A program made the position numbers and the translations under genes. Below are positions 22,793-32,933 of a stretch of 61,297 bases of DNA, piece after piece. The DNA is from a virus. Taxonomy: Duplodnaviria > Caudoviricetes. The stretch covers positions 1 through 61,297 of the IMG/VR virus record IMGVR_UViG_3300033153_004916; one strand, given 5' to 3'. The notes beneath the pieces were generated by a model. It was not told where the DNA came from. It worked only from the letters and a program-made list of their open reading frames with translations, and searched no databases. The number at the start of each line of letters is the position of its first letter. The stretch's first letter is position 1.

Positions 22793-23441
22793 CTTTATTC
22801 CTCTTTGTGTTTTTCGAAACGATTGTAATCGATTCGGGGTTATCTGAATTATCACATGTGGTAACCCATATTGGATATGGATACGATGGATAGTCTGGAT
22901 ATGGATCTATTGGCGCAACGGGGAATGGATACGGATCTATCGGATATGGATAAGGTGGAACATATGTTATTTTAAATTCGGGCGTTTCTATGTAAATGCC
23001 ATTCGTATATTCTGATGTATCTTCACCCGGGCCTTCTGGTCTCAGGTCAATAACTTCTGTTTTGGTAACGATTACAATTATTCCGGCATTCGTTAAAGCG
23101 CGTTTGCATCGTTTGCATGGTGGATAGTCTCCATACAAGAATAGAATCGCGCCAATTGTTGAGTGCCCGGATCGTGCCGCGTTTGCTATGCAATTTTCTT
23201 CGGCGTGTACGGCTGGACATTCTGAATAGTCTTCGCCGGGGTTTTTAGTTAATCGTTTACATTCAACACAGTGTGGGTGTCCACGCGCTGGGCCATTATA
23301 ACCTGTAGCGACAATCGAATCGTTTCTAACTATCACAGCACCATAACTGCGCTTAAGGCATGATGCTCGCTTCGATACCGCCTTTGCAATATCGAGGTAG
23401 TATTGTTTCTTACTCGGTCTAAATATATCCATTCGTATCAC
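22764..23441 (-). CDS. dCMP deaminase (ComEB/Tad family) with Pro/Tyr-rich C-terminal extension
   Basis: SCLKRSYGAVIV, TGYNG, HAEEN, PCKRC. Confidence 0.9.
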   Translation of the reverse strand: MIRMDIFRPSKKQYYLDIAKAVSKRASCLKRSYGAVIVRNDSIVATGYNGPARGHPHCVECKRLTKNPGEDYSECPAVHAEENCIANAARSGHSTIGAILFLYGDYPPCKRCKRALTNAGIIVIVTKTEVIDLRPEGPGEDTSEYTNGIYIETPEFKITYVPPYPYPIDPYPFPVAPIDPYPDYPSYPYPIWVTTCDNSDNPESITIVSKNTKRNKDDEDSNNTN

Positions 23442-23614
23442 TCCACGTAATTAAATTTTCCTTCGAATAAATTAGCACATGTCCAATCTTCGGGTTCCGG
23501 TTCACCAGTTTTAACCCATCCATTGAAAAATATCTCATCGCCATCTGCAACAAAAAGTGTTGATATCTCTTCTGTCTCTATCATTAGACCACCATTCTCT
23601 AATATTATTATCAT
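23438..23614 (-). CDS. 58-aa hypothetical protein (not in ORF track)
   Basis: MIIILENGGLMIETEEI..; GGAG SD, GTGA overlap. Confidence 0.55.
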   Translation of the reverse strand: MIIILENGGLMIETEEISTLFVADGDEIFFNGWVKTGEPEPEDWTCANLFEGKFNYVE

Positions 23615-24067
23615 TTATTTCTTATCTCCTTGTACTTTCTCTGAGACGAACATACTAAACGCCAACGTGAGTTTCGTACTTAGGTCGCCCAAATCGGGCA
23701 CGTCGGCCCATTTGAAATCCACAAGTATGTTTGTGTTTGGACAATATATATAAACATTATCGCTATTCGCCGCAAGCATTGCAAATCGTGCATCATCAAT
23801 ATGATAGTCTATTAAGTTGTGGTATGCTAGTAATTCTGATATATCGTTTGATGCCACACGATTAGAGTACAGGTGAGAATACAGTTTAGCTTTTATAAAC
23901 GTTTTCGTGTCACGTATAGTATAACGTATAGGATTGGGATACGTTTCGCTGTTCAGTAATGCTAAAGCGGTCTCGGAATCACCAGCGCGGATAGACTCGC
24001 GTGCAATGTCGAAAGTTTTGCGGCGACTCGTCACGGTTGTTATGGGATTCTTGGTTCGTTTCCTCAT
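23615..24067 (-). CDS. Hypothetical protein
   Basis: 150-aa ORF, probably leaderless. Confidence 0.7.
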   Translation of the reverse strand: MRKRTKNPITTVTSRRKTFDIARESIRAGDSETALALLNSETYPNPIRYTIRDTKTFIKAKLYSHLYSNRVASNDISELLAYHNLIDYHIDDARFAMLAANSDNVYIYCPNTNILVDFKWADVPDLGDLSTKLTLAFSMFVSEKVQGDKK

Positions 24068-24089
24068 AATATTTACTTGTTAGTAGAAG

Positions 24090-24134
24090 CTATTTATATC
24101 TTTCTGTGAATTTTAATAGAAAAGTTTATATAGC
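24090..24134. promoter_or_regulatory. Divergent back-to-back BRE-TATA promoters
   Basis: GAAAGATATAAATAG (minus) and GAAAAGTTTATATAG (plus), each about 25 nt from an ATG. Confidence 0.7.
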
Positions 24135-24154
24135 ATAACACATACAATAGGTTC

Positions 24155-24451
24155 ATGACGTTGGCGCCGAATCAAGATAATACGGAGTGCTCTCAATCCG
24201 CAATTCGCATTGTCAATGACGCGATAAGAAGCGTTAATTGGTTTCGCGTGCAGCGCATCAATGTGCAAGTTTCGCGCAATCGGCGCAAAGCCGGAAGAGG
24301 ACAATTGCACATGGGCGCTGAATATATAACGATAACAATAACGACTGGCCCCGGTGGTATTCACGAAAATGCCGACCGATTGATAGGCAATTGGGGCAGG
24401 GCCGAGTTGCGACAAGTCTGGGCTGCGCTAACACAATTACGGAGGAAGTGA
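24155..24451 (+). CDS. Hypothetical protein
   Basis: First ORF after the plus-strand TATA box. Confidence 0.6.
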   Translation: MTLAPNQDNTECSQSAIRIVNDAIRSVNWFRVQRINVQVSRNRRKAGRGQLHMGAEYITITITTGPGGIHENADRLIGNWGRAELRQVWAALTQLRRK

Positions 24452-24455
24452 TAAG

Positions 24456-24647
24456 ATGGAAGTTCCGATACCCGAAGAACACGAAGGAGATTTTATTTCA
24501 TTGATAGCGATTGTCATTTCGTGGCTAAACTTGGATCTGCTAAGTATTGGTCAGCGCGAAGTTGTTTCAGCGCTATTGACATTTGCAGAGAATAGCGACA
24601 TACCCACTTGTGAGAAAACTACGGAGGAATGTGACATTGACATATGA
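24456..24647 (+). CDS. Hypothetical protein
   Basis: GGAGG SD. Confidence 0.55.
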   Translation: MEVPIPEEHEGDFISLIAIVISWLNLDLLSIGQREVVSALLTFAENSDIPTCEKTTEECDIDI

Positions 24648-25038
24648 AGCTCCCGATATTGAAACGGCTACAGTCGAAGAGTTCCTGAGAAAAGGAATGG
24701 GCGCAAGTGCTGCCGCAGAAAACGTGACGCTTATTCGAGTGTTAGCCGCTCGTATTGTTGAAGAGCGGTGGTTTACAGAACGACTCCACGTTTTAATGGA
24801 ACACGAAATGCCGACATTTGATGGTCTCGAAGGAGACGAACTTAAAGCGGCTTTGAAGCGTGAACAATTTTATGCGATAGAACGCGACCAATCTGCTAAA
24901 CGTGTCGAGTCTCTTTCGCGAATTATATCTTCTATTTGGACCCAGCTCGGATTTTCTGGCGAGAGTCCGACAGAAACATTTTTCGGCAACGTTCAAGATA
25001 TGGTTAACAATCGCAAGGAGGATTCGGATGGCAACTGA
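24637..25038 (+). CDS. Putative terminase small subunit
   Basis: Helical protein upstream of the large terminase; assignment by position only. Confidence 0.4.
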   Translation: MTYEAPDIETATVEEFLRKGMGASAAAENVTLIRVLAARIVEERWFTERLHVLMEHEMPTFDGLEGDELKAALKREQFYAIERDQSAKRVESLSRIISSIWTQLGFSGESPTETFFGNVQDMVNNRKEDSDGN

Positions 25039-25333
25039 GAAGCCAGAAGAGCAAGCACCACAAGAAGATGAATTTATAGTCTCTGACTTAAGTGTTGTCC
25101 CGCTTCCTATAGATGTGTTTGCGGATCTTATGGACAAACTTCCAAATGCGGAAGATTTTGAACCAGTTATGTTCGAAATCCAGACACAAACCGCCCGTAT
25201 CAAAGTGGCGAAAAGTACAACTGACCGACAACTTAAACTTATTCTATCTACATTCGAAAAAATCTCCGGTGTAACTCCAGAGGACTCTTGGGAATTTCAG
25301 GATGAACAGGCTACAAAGAAGGGATACCAGTGA
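25028..25333 (+). CDS. Hypothetical acidic protein
   Basis: GGAGG SD; GTGA overlap with terminase. Confidence 0.65.
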   Translation: MATEKPEEQAPQEDEFIVSDLSVVPLPIDVFADLMDKLPNAEDFEPVMFEIQTQTARIKVAKSTTDRQLKLILSTFEKISGVTPEDSWEFQDEQATKKGYQ

Positions 25334-26931
25334 TTGATTTCAAACAGACCGACCAGTTAAGAAAACTTTACTTTACTGCGATTAAAGATGACCAACTTCT
25401 TGAAGATATTATCAAAGCGTTCTGTTCTGGGTTTCTAAAAGATCATCTTGGACGCAAATTGATTTTACGCCCAGCACAAATGGAAATGGTCAAGGCCGCT
25501 CTTAGTTCAAAACGATTAGTTGTATTAGCACCCAGAGGAAGTGGTAAGTCGTATTCAATAGCTGTCGCGATTGCTATGCGATTATTCTTTTTGAGAGAAA
25601 ATGAAGAGATAGCTTTGATTGCGCCTACAAATAAGCAGGCTAAACGTGTATTCCAATATGTTGTATCGTTTCTGCAAGGCCACCCTGAACTCAAACGCCT
25701 CATTAAAACAATTCGTCATGCGAATCCGGCCCAGATTAGCCTATATGGTGGGTCGTTTATTTATTGTGTGCCCGTTTCGAAGAATGACCACGGAGAGAAC
25801 GTGCGTGGAATACATCCAACGTTCTGTGTGGTAGATGAGAGTGGTTTTATACCCGATGACATTTTTGTTCCGAACGTGGAACCGATAGTTGTTGCGAAGA
25901 GCGCGCCGTTTATTAACATAACTACACCAGGCCCGCGTGATAATCACGTTTTTAGATATTTATACGATGAGAAGATGGCTAAGCGGTGGCGACGTATCAA
26001 ATATACATGGCGCGACATGCTTGACCAGGGCGATGCGTACGAGCCAACGTACCCTCTTGACCCAGATACGGGCCTAAGTGAGATCGAATCGAAACTCGAA
26101 GAGTGGGGCGAGGATTCGCCGGACTTTCGCCGAGAATATATGTGTGAGTATGATGCAGACCAGTCGAATCTTTTCGGTGATCGCGTTTTCGAGAAGGCAT
26201 TTTATACATTGGAACGTTTCCGCGAAGGTGCGGAGGGTGAATTCAATGTGATGACTATCGATTATGGTAGAAAACACAACTCGACAGCGTGGGCAACATG
26301 GGGTTTAACCACAGATGATGAAGGACATACGAGTGCGAACCTAATTGATCTTCAAGAGATGATTCCGCGGGGTAAAGGATACTCACCAAATGCTATTCGA
26401 ACCGATATTATTAATTATGTGACTGTAAATAAGATCAATGCGATTGTAATTGATGCTACATCGTTCGGAGATTCGTTTAGCGCAGATCTTGAAGACTATA
26501 TTTATGAAAATCACGAGGGCATACACTTTTATAAGTTTATATTCAGTATTGGAAAGAGCGAATGGTTCTATAAATACAAATATTTACTTAGTGATAAGCG
26601 GTTGCGCATACCTCGGCCTAGTAAAATGGCCGATTTAGAAGAAAGTAACATGATGGCGCGTGCAATACACCAGCATAAGATACTTACCGCGACCATTTCA
26701 GAGAGAAGTGGTAAAATATTGATCTCTAAACCACGAACAGAGCATGATGATTTAGCTGATGCTATGATGCTTATCACATATTTCATAGAAAAGAATCCAA
26801 AATTCTCCGTGGACATAGAATTGACCGCTGTGCATAATATGTCACGGTCGCAACCATGGAGAACTGAGATTAGTACACCACAGCGGCTCGCTGAATTTGA
26901 CAATTTTAAAGATACGGGGATTTATTTATGA
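25330..26931 (+). CDS. terL: Terminase large subunit
   Basis: LRPAQ, Walker A APRGSGKS, Walker B CVVDE, TTP, FRREY, nuclease IDYG..DAT..HDDLADA. Confidence 0.93.
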   Translation: MIDFKQTDQLRKLYFTAIKDDQLLEDIIKAFCSGFLKDHLGRKLILRPAQMEMVKAALSSKRLVVLAPRGSGKSYSIAVAIAMRLFFLRENEEIALIAPTNKQAKRVFQYVVSFLQGHPELKRLIKTIRHANPAQISLYGGSFIYCVPVSKNDHGENVRGIHPTFCVVDESGFIPDDIFVPNVEPIVVAKSAPFINITTPGPRDNHVFRYLYDEKMAKRWRRIKYTWRDMLDQGDAYEPTYPLDPDTGLSEIESKLEEWGEDSPDFRREYMCEYDADQSNLFGDRVFEKAFYTLERFREGAEGEFNVMTIDYGRKHNSTAWATWGLTTDDEGHTSANLIDLQEMIPRGKGYSPNAIRTDIINYVTVNKINAIVIDATSFGDSFSADLEDYIYENHEGIHFYKFIFSIGKSEWFYKYKYLLSDKRLRIPRPSKMADLEESNMMARAIHQHKILTATISERSGKILISKPRTEHDDLADAMMLITYFIEKNPKFSVDIELTAVHNMSRSQPWRTEISTPQRLAEFDNFKDTGIYL

Positions 26932-27221
26932 AAATGCGTGGTGTTTTTGATTTGGTGATGCGATTGCTCGTTGACCATCCGAAATTGATAGGAGAAATAA
27001 TCTCTGTGGATTATATGAAAGGCATTATTCTTGATGAATACCATAAAGAGGTCGATAAACGCCAGATAGGTCGCGCACTTAAGACAATTGGCTTTTATCA
27101 AGAAAACATAAACGTTGTAGAGTCGCCAATTATCCGTAGAAAGTCTGTTTACCATCTCAATCATGGCATCTTTGATGCCGCAAGACTTAAATATGTCGTC
27201 AAGGACAAAAAGGAGGACTGA
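26928..27221 (+). CDS. Hypothetical protein, possibly DNA-binding
   Basis: ATGA overlap; KRQIGRALKTIGF. Confidence 0.6.
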   Translation: MKMRGVFDLVMRLLVDHPKLIGEIISVDYMKGIILDEYHKEVDKRQIGRALKTIGFYQENINVVESPIIRRKSVYHLNHGIFDAARLKYVVKDKKED

Positions 27222-27225
27222 TTTC

Positions 27226-28374
27226 ATGGCTATGCGCGGATTTAGGGCATCGAGATTTGCAGAAAAGGATGATATGCCACACGGCACGACACTGACTAGT
27301 CGTTTAAGCAATGCTGTACTGGCAATGACTAACTATGAGATACCACAGAATCTTAAATTCGAGGCTGCAAGACGATTGTATCAGCGTGATCCTGTTGTGA
27401 GATCATTTATCGAAACATATTGTAGTTATGTTTTAAAAGACGACTTCTATATCGATGGCGGTGACGAATCTAGTCGTAAGATAATCGAAGATTATTTTGC
27501 TAATGTCAATTGGCAGCAAATAATGATGAAGTGGTTACGCGAAAGTAAGGTATTTGGGATAGGATACCTTGAAATTACCAATACAAATCTTTTTAATAGG
27601 CCCGCGTGCACTATGCATGCAAAGGTTGATCCAAAGACCGGCGAAGTCACAGAGTGGATACAGAAGCCAAATACAAATGATAACAAAACGTGGACTAAAT
27701 TTGATGTTGGACAAATTGCGACACTGCCAAATGGTGGATTCGCTGATACGTATTATGGGATTAGCGATGTGGCTACAGTTGATTACGTTATTAAATTCTT
27801 GAAAGATCCGGCCGAGAGAGACTTGATAGTCACTCTCAATAAATATGCCGGTGATAGATATAAAATCAAAGTAGGAAGCGAGTTTAGGCCGGTATCTAAA
27901 GAACGATATCAGCGCGTTGTAGATTATTTCTCTGAACTCAAAACAGGAGAGGATGTAATATTCCGTGGAGACATAGAAGTTAATATGCTCACACCACAAT
28001 ATGCAGCTATTGACTTTAGAACATATTTAGATTATATATTAAATATACTATCTATAGGTCTTGGTGTTCCTCTTGTATTTTGGGTAGGCCAGGGCGCAAC
28101 AGAAGCTACTGCCAAAATCCAATTAGAAGCGTTCGAAGCTAATGTTAAAGCAACACGCTCACTAATGGAGTGGGCAATCAATGAACAAGTCATCCCCAAA
28201 ATCGTCCCTGGGACTAAATACCCCAAATTTAAATTTAAACCAATTAATTTGAACGAAGAATTCTTAGCTGCTCAAATTGAACAAATTAAACACAGTGTGA
28301 CACCAGCTGAAAATGCTGATAGACAAATCAAAAAGATTGAGAAGCTAGACGAAGTAGGAAATTTGGATGAGTGA
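27226..28374 (+). CDS. Portal protein
   Basis: Follows terL; DPVVRS, VFGIGYLE, YYGISDV, GLGVP, INEQVIPK. Confidence 0.85.
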   Translation: MAMRGFRASRFAEKDDMPHGTTLTSRLSNAVLAMTNYEIPQNLKFEAARRLYQRDPVVRSFIETYCSYVLKDDFYIDGGDESSRKIIEDYFANVNWQQIMMKWLRESKVFGIGYLEITNTNLFNRPACTMHAKVDPKTGEVTEWIQKPNTNDNKTWTKFDVGQIATLPNGGFADTYYGISDVATVDYVIKFLKDPAERDLIVTLNKYAGDRYKIKVGSEFRPVSKERYQRVVDYFSELKTGEDVIFRGDIEVNMLTPQYAAIDFRTYLDYILNILSIGLGVPLVFWVGQGATEATAKIQLEAFEANVKATRSLMEWAINEQVIPKIVPGTKYPKFKFKPINLNEEFLAAQIEQIKHSVTPAENADRQIKKIEKLDEVGNLDE

Positions 28375-29212
28375 TTTGATGGCGCATAGTATAATAACAT
28401 TCGGAATGGAAGATACAGAGGTCAAAGTAATCAATGACCATTTTATTGTAGTGAAAGCTCTCAAAAGTGAGAGATTCAATTTTGGCGAAGATGGCGCTGA
28501 GATGTGGGGCGTGATGAAACCGGAGATTTTATCCGATGTAGCTGACCAATATCGCGGTGTGCCTATCTATGTAGATCATCAGCGGACAAAATTCGACCAG
28601 GTTGGTGTTGTGCGGTCTGCGTTTTTCAAGAATCCTTTTATTTATGCTGTCGTTGAATTATATTCACGAACTACTGACCAGAATATGGTTATCGATTATA
28701 TTAAGAATGGTCATATTAAAGCTGTGAGTTCGGGTTTCAATTTTGAATACACTCAATCCAGCGAGGATAAGATAGAAATCTTTAATGTTAACCCATTTGA
28801 ATTGAGTTTGATGTTAGATTGGTCACCTAAGTGTCCAGATTGCAAAGTCGAATATAGAAATTTCGGCGTTAAGGTTAAGAAAGAAGGCGAAAATGATATG
28901 TCGACAGATAACATCCCACTTGTATGGTTAGAAACCAACAAAGATGGAAATCAAAATATTGTAATCTCTAACGATGCTGAAAAATATGGCCTTAAAGAAC
29001 CAATTCTTAAAGCACTCGAGACACAAAAACAAGGCGACGCTGAAAAAACCAAAGAAGTTGTTTTAGAAGTTGATGGTGATTTTGGTAATGCTATTTTAGA
29101 AGTTGTCAAACCGGAAACTTCCGAGGAATCGAATGACCATACGAAACTGAACGGAGAGGACGATAGTTCCCACTCTACAAATGCCACCAAGAATATCGTC
29201 GTAAAGAATTAA
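28367..29212 (+). CDS. Prohead (capsid maturation) protease
   Basis: PIYVDH..VG.V, IKAVSSGF, ELSL; position after portal. Confidence 0.75.
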   Translation: MSDLMAHSIITFGMEDTEVKVINDHFIVVKALKSERFNFGEDGAEMWGVMKPEILSDVADQYRGVPIYVDHQRTKFDQVGVVRSAFFKNPFIYAVVELYSRTTDQNMVIDYIKNGHIKAVSSGFNFEYTQSSEDKIEIFNVNPFELSLMLDWSPKCPDCKVEYRNFGVKVKKEGENDMSTDNIPLVWLETNKDGNQNIVISNDAEKYGLKEPILKALETQKQGDAEKTKEVVLEVDGDFGNAILEVVKPETSEESNDHTKLNGEDDSSHSTNATKNIVVKN

Positions 29213-29270
29213 GATAGCACACGAAAGTACGAAACATATAAATATATCGTCTAATGAGGAAGGTAATATT

Positions 29271-30029
29271 ATGACCGAAGAAACTGTTGAAGCTCAGGTT
29301 ACAGATGGCAAAGTTCTCGAACTAGGCTGTCCGCATTGTGAGCAGGTAATAAAGGTTAGGCTCACGAATTCTCCGGCTGCTGAAACCGAGAAGCAGGGTG
29401 ATGAAACATCCGATGAAACTTCTGAGGAATCCGCCGAAACAACCGAGTCCACTGAGACTACGGAAGGGACAGAGGATAATGAGACTGAAGAATCGAACGA
29501 TGATGATTCTGAGCAGACAGAAGAAACTCAGGATACAGATGCAGAAACTGAAACCACAGATGAAGATACAGAAGAAGCTGCGGGTTCAGAAGAAACAGAA
29601 GGAACTGAGGAAACGGAATCTGAAACCGAAGAGGAATCTGAGGAAACAGACGAAGAGACCGACGATTCAGATGAATCAACCGAAGATGAGGCAGAAAAGC
29701 CAGTTAGCCGAGAGGAATTTGAAACACTTAAAAAGGAACTCGAAGAAGCTAAATCCGCGCTTACTGTTGCAAAACAGGGCCAGTCCGATGTTGAAGATGA
29801 TCAGAAGAATATGATTGTTGAATCGATTCTACGTAGAGAGGCATTCGGCTCTAAGAAAGCTTTGCCCGAAACTCGGAAAGAAGAACTCAGTTCTATGAAG
29901 CTCGGGGAGCTTAAAGATCTGAGCAAGAAACTGGACGAAGATGCTAAAGGAACATCCAATGCCAGTGCTAGTACAGAACAGGGAACCGTGAATAAATCCT
30001 TGGAACTATATAATAGAATGGCACAATAG
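29271..30029 (+). CDS. Capsid scaffolding protein
   Basis: Very acidic E/T/D low-complexity tract plus coiled coil, between protease and capsid. Confidence 0.65.
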   Translation: MTEETVEAQVTDGKVLELGCPHCEQVIKVRLTNSPAAETEKQGDETSDETSEESAETTESTETTEGTEDNETEESNDDDSEQTEETQDTDAETETTDEDTEEAAGSEETEGTEETESETEEESEETDEETDDSDESTEDEAEKPVSREEFETLKKELEEAKSALTVAKQGQSDVEDDQKNMIVESILRREAFGSKKALPETRKEELSSMKLGELKDLSKKLDEDAKGTSNASASTEQGTVNKSLELYNRMAQ

Positions 30030-30041
30030 AGGTGAATAAAT

Positions 30042-30368
30042 ATGACAATGACAGATAAAGTAAATGAAGAAGGTTCATTAGTTAATATGTCTCACAGATA
30101 CACAGTACCTGTGGGTGCAGCATTGACTAGTGATTACCGTGGATATAAATGCATGTTAGCTATTGAGAGTGGCGTAGTTGTCGCTGTTGATATTGCAACA
30201 TTTGACGCAGAAGTAGACGCGATTGCAGTTGTAGTGGATCCGATAGAAAATCCAGCTACACCAGGCACAGTAACGACTGGTGACTTAATAACTGTTATTT
30301 CAAGCGCAATTCTTGCAAAAGCAAATAATGGAGCAACTCCAGCGGTGTATACCGATCTAATAGTGTAG
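30042..30368 (+). CDS. Putative head decoration protein
   Basis: Small V/A/T-rich protein immediately before the capsid gene. Confidence 0.55.
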   Translation: MTMTDKVNEEGSLVNMSHRYTVPVGAALTSDYRGYKCMLAIESGVVVAVDIATFDAEVDAIAVVVDPIENPATPGTVTTGDLITVISSAILAKANNGATPAVYTDLIV

Positions 30369-30377
30369 GTGATTAAA

Positions 30378-31268
30378 ATGACTGACGGATGGTTTACAAA
30401 GGCAGATCTTACAGATTTTGTAGATGAATTGAGAAGAATGGTTCTTGAGTCTCGGACTCAGTTCGACCAGTTTGACTGGGCTATGGGCGTTGCCCGTGTT
30501 GTGCCTAGCAATCAGGTTGTGCTACCGATACACACATATTTGACTGTTCAGGAAATAACAGACGGCGGAGTGCCTGACTTCCAGAAACCTGGAATGTTCA
30601 GAAAGTTCGTTATAGACGTTCGCGAGTTCGCAACTGCTCTTGGTATCACAAGGCAGACTATCGAGGACGCAGAGGGATGGGATCCCGTGAGAAATCTAGC
30701 TGTAATGGCTATGCTTTCCATGAAGAAAAAGAAAAGCGACATTATAATCGCTGCTCTTATGGATTCTGTCGTACTAGGAGATTTCAATGCTCCCGTGTAT
30801 GGATACTTTGCAGGCGATGCGAACCACGACCATTGGATGAATCTTGGAGCTACTAATTATTTAACTGTAGCTGCAATCGATGCCGCTATACAGACTATAA
30901 CACAGCACGGCGTTGCGAAACCAAGTGTGATCGTATGTAATTCCACTGGAGTTCTATCGATCCTCAATCTTTTGGCTGCAACCGATAATACATATTATCC
31001 GGCAACGGAGTTTATGATCGGTGGCGTTAAAGTGATGACTAGATACACAATTCGTGGATTGAAGGTCATCGAGAATGAGGCAATCCCTGATAATGAGTTT
31101 GTTATTATGGATCCCTCAGTACGTCCTGTTATAGCGCGTGTTAAAAGAGATATAACTCTTGATACGCCACCTGATGACTTTGGCTTGACCAAGTCTTATT
31201 ACTCTCTGCGTATGGGCGCACTATTAGCCTATCCAGAAGCGGTGGCTGTTATCGCTGAAAACGCTTAG
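30378..31268 (+). CDS. Major capsid protein (HK97 fold)
   Basis: About 300 aa; ALGITRQTIED, IRGLKVIENEAIP, RMGALLAYPEAVA; position. Confidence 0.85.
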   Translation: MTDGWFTKADLTDFVDELRRMVLESRTQFDQFDWAMGVARVVPSNQVVLPIHTYLTVQEITDGGVPDFQKPGMFRKFVIDVREFATALGITRQTIEDAEGWDPVRNLAVMAMLSMKKKKSDIIIAALMDSVVLGDFNAPVYGYFAGDANHDHWMNLGATNYLTVAAIDAAIQTITQHGVAKPSVIVCNSTGVLSILNLLAATDNTYYPATEFMIGGVKVMTRYTIRGLKVIENEAIPDNEFVIMDPSVRPVIARVKRDITLDTPPDDFGLTKSYYSLRMGALLAYPEAVAVIAENA

Positions 31269-31293
31269 AACTCGTGAATAACACAAATCTGAA

Positions 31294-31316
31294 TCCCTTT
31301 CCCAGTATTTATTTTT
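31294..31316 (+). terminator. T-rich terminator after the capsid gene
   Basis: TCCCTTTCCCAGTATTTATTTTT, similar to 16204. Confidence 0.45.
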
Positions 31317-31357
31317 AACGAAAACGTAAAGTCACCAACGAAACAGAGGTGATATAT

Positions 31358-32077
31358 ATGGTAAATAATCCAATCGCATATGAATTTAGTCCGGGCGAGT
31401 ACAAAGCTAGTAGTCTTAATCTTTTGGCTACTTTAGATGTTAGCAGTGGATGCTTAATTCCACATGTTAAAGTTGATGGAATAACTTTTACGGGTGAACT
31501 TGCCGTCAAATTAGACGGATCGGGACAGGCCGTAACTAATGATAGTGTTTTCTTATATGCTGAAGATTCTCTCACCCCGGGAAACAACCTCATTTTAAAA
31601 TCGAGCGCTCTGGGGCTTCTTGTAGATATCGGTTCGGCGCAAATACACGTTGAACTTAATCCCGCCGAAGATGGTGTGCAGATATTCGGAAGCAATAGTA
31701 CGGCGAATGCTGTTAAAACTAATGCGTCAAATCAATTAGAAGTCGTTGTAATGTCGACTCCGCCTGGTTTTGATGGAACAAATTATTTCTTTGATCAGAA
31801 GATCGATTCAACACTTCCTTCTACAAATTATAATAACAATTATCCTGTGACGGTTGCGGCTGTTGCAATTGCTGCGTCGCAAGCATTGACGCGTGGTGCC
31901 ACTGTAACAAATATGGATTCTACTAATACGATTTATGTTGGTGGATCTAGCGTTACGGTTGGCAATGGTATGCCACTCATGCCATATGAAACTATATTTA
32001 TTGAAACAGATAATATAGCTAATATTTTTGCTATAAGCGCAGCTGGTGGCGAAGATCTCAGATGGTTGGGGTCGTGA
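31358..32077 (+). CDS. Virion structural protein
   Basis: Beta-rich; TIYVGGSSVTVGNGMPLMP. Confidence 0.65.
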   Translation: MVNNPIAYEFSPGEYKASSLNLLATLDVSSGCLIPHVKVDGITFTGELAVKLDGSGQAVTNDSVFLYAEDSLTPGNNLILKSSALGLLVDIGSAQIHVELNPAEDGVQIFGSNSTANAVKTNASNQLEVVVMSTPPGFDGTNYFFDQKIDSTLPSTNYNNNYPVTVAAVAIAASQALTRGATVTNMDSTNTIYVGGSSVTVGNGMPLMPYETIFIETDNIANIFAISAAGGEDLRWLGS

Positions 32078-32081
32078 TATT

Positions 32082-32930
32082 ATGTCTATGAAATGGCATG
32101 GTTGGCTACATAGAAAGCCGCAGTTGCCAAGTGTAACTGCGTATGAAGATGAATCTAATAACTGGACAGAGCCGCAGATTTTACCCGAAGGTTCTTATAT
32201 GATTGGGGCAACAAGTCCTATAACCGATCCAGTTGGTGGCGAACAGTATTTCGACACTGAACTAGGCACTGAACTTTTTTATGATGTTGATAAAAATAAG
32301 TGGATAAGCAAAACGCATATGTTTATGGAAATGTCCAAGGAGGCCGTAAATATAGCGGTCAACTCGTATTTGCATATTGGTAATGCTGGCGCTTCGACGC
32401 TTTGTGGATCTGTAATGACACGAGATGGTATCGTTCTTAGCGCATCTCTATGCGCTAGTAATAATCCAGCACTCATTCGTACTGTATCTGTGTGGAGAGG
32501 CCCACCTGGTACAAATATCGAATCGATGATTGATGTGTCTATTGCGAGCGGCGAATATTTTTCCTATAATACAACCGTTCTTGGTTCCACATTTAATGCT
32601 GGCGATCTTTTGAAGCCACAGGTCACAATTGGTGGACAATTAGATAATCCAATTTTGATTCTCGAATTAGCATGGACACGCGATGCGTATCCTGATTACG
32701 ATATTACCGGCGGCATACAAGGTTCAAAAATCTTTTATATCGCTGGAGATCATACTAGCGATTTCCCTACATCATCGAACGCGCGTGTTATTTTTTCCAC
32801 TGGAAATAATGAGGATTATACTGTAGCAAGTTCTACATATAATGCCGGCGAGACGCGTACTGAAATAACAATCAATGAAGTAATTCCATCTGCTACACTT
32901 GATGGAAAAATAGTGGCTTTGGGGGTGTGA
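32082..32930 (+). CDS. Virion fibre/decoration-like protein
   Basis: PVGGEQYFDTE..FYD..KWIS, beta-rich. Confidence 0.6.
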   Translation: MSMKWHGWLHRKPQLPSVTAYEDESNNWTEPQILPEGSYMIGATSPITDPVGGEQYFDTELGTELFYDVDKNKWISKTHMFMEMSKEAVNIAVNSYLHIGNAGASTLCGSVMTRDGIVLSASLCASNNPALIRTVSVWRGPPGTNIESMIDVSIASGEYFSYNTTVLGSTFNAGDLLKPQVTIGGQLDNPILILELAWTRDAYPDYDITGGIQGSKIFYIAGDHTSDFPTSSNARVIFSTGNNEDYTVASSTYNAGETRTEITINEVIPSATLDGKIVALGV

Positions 32931-32933
32931 TAG

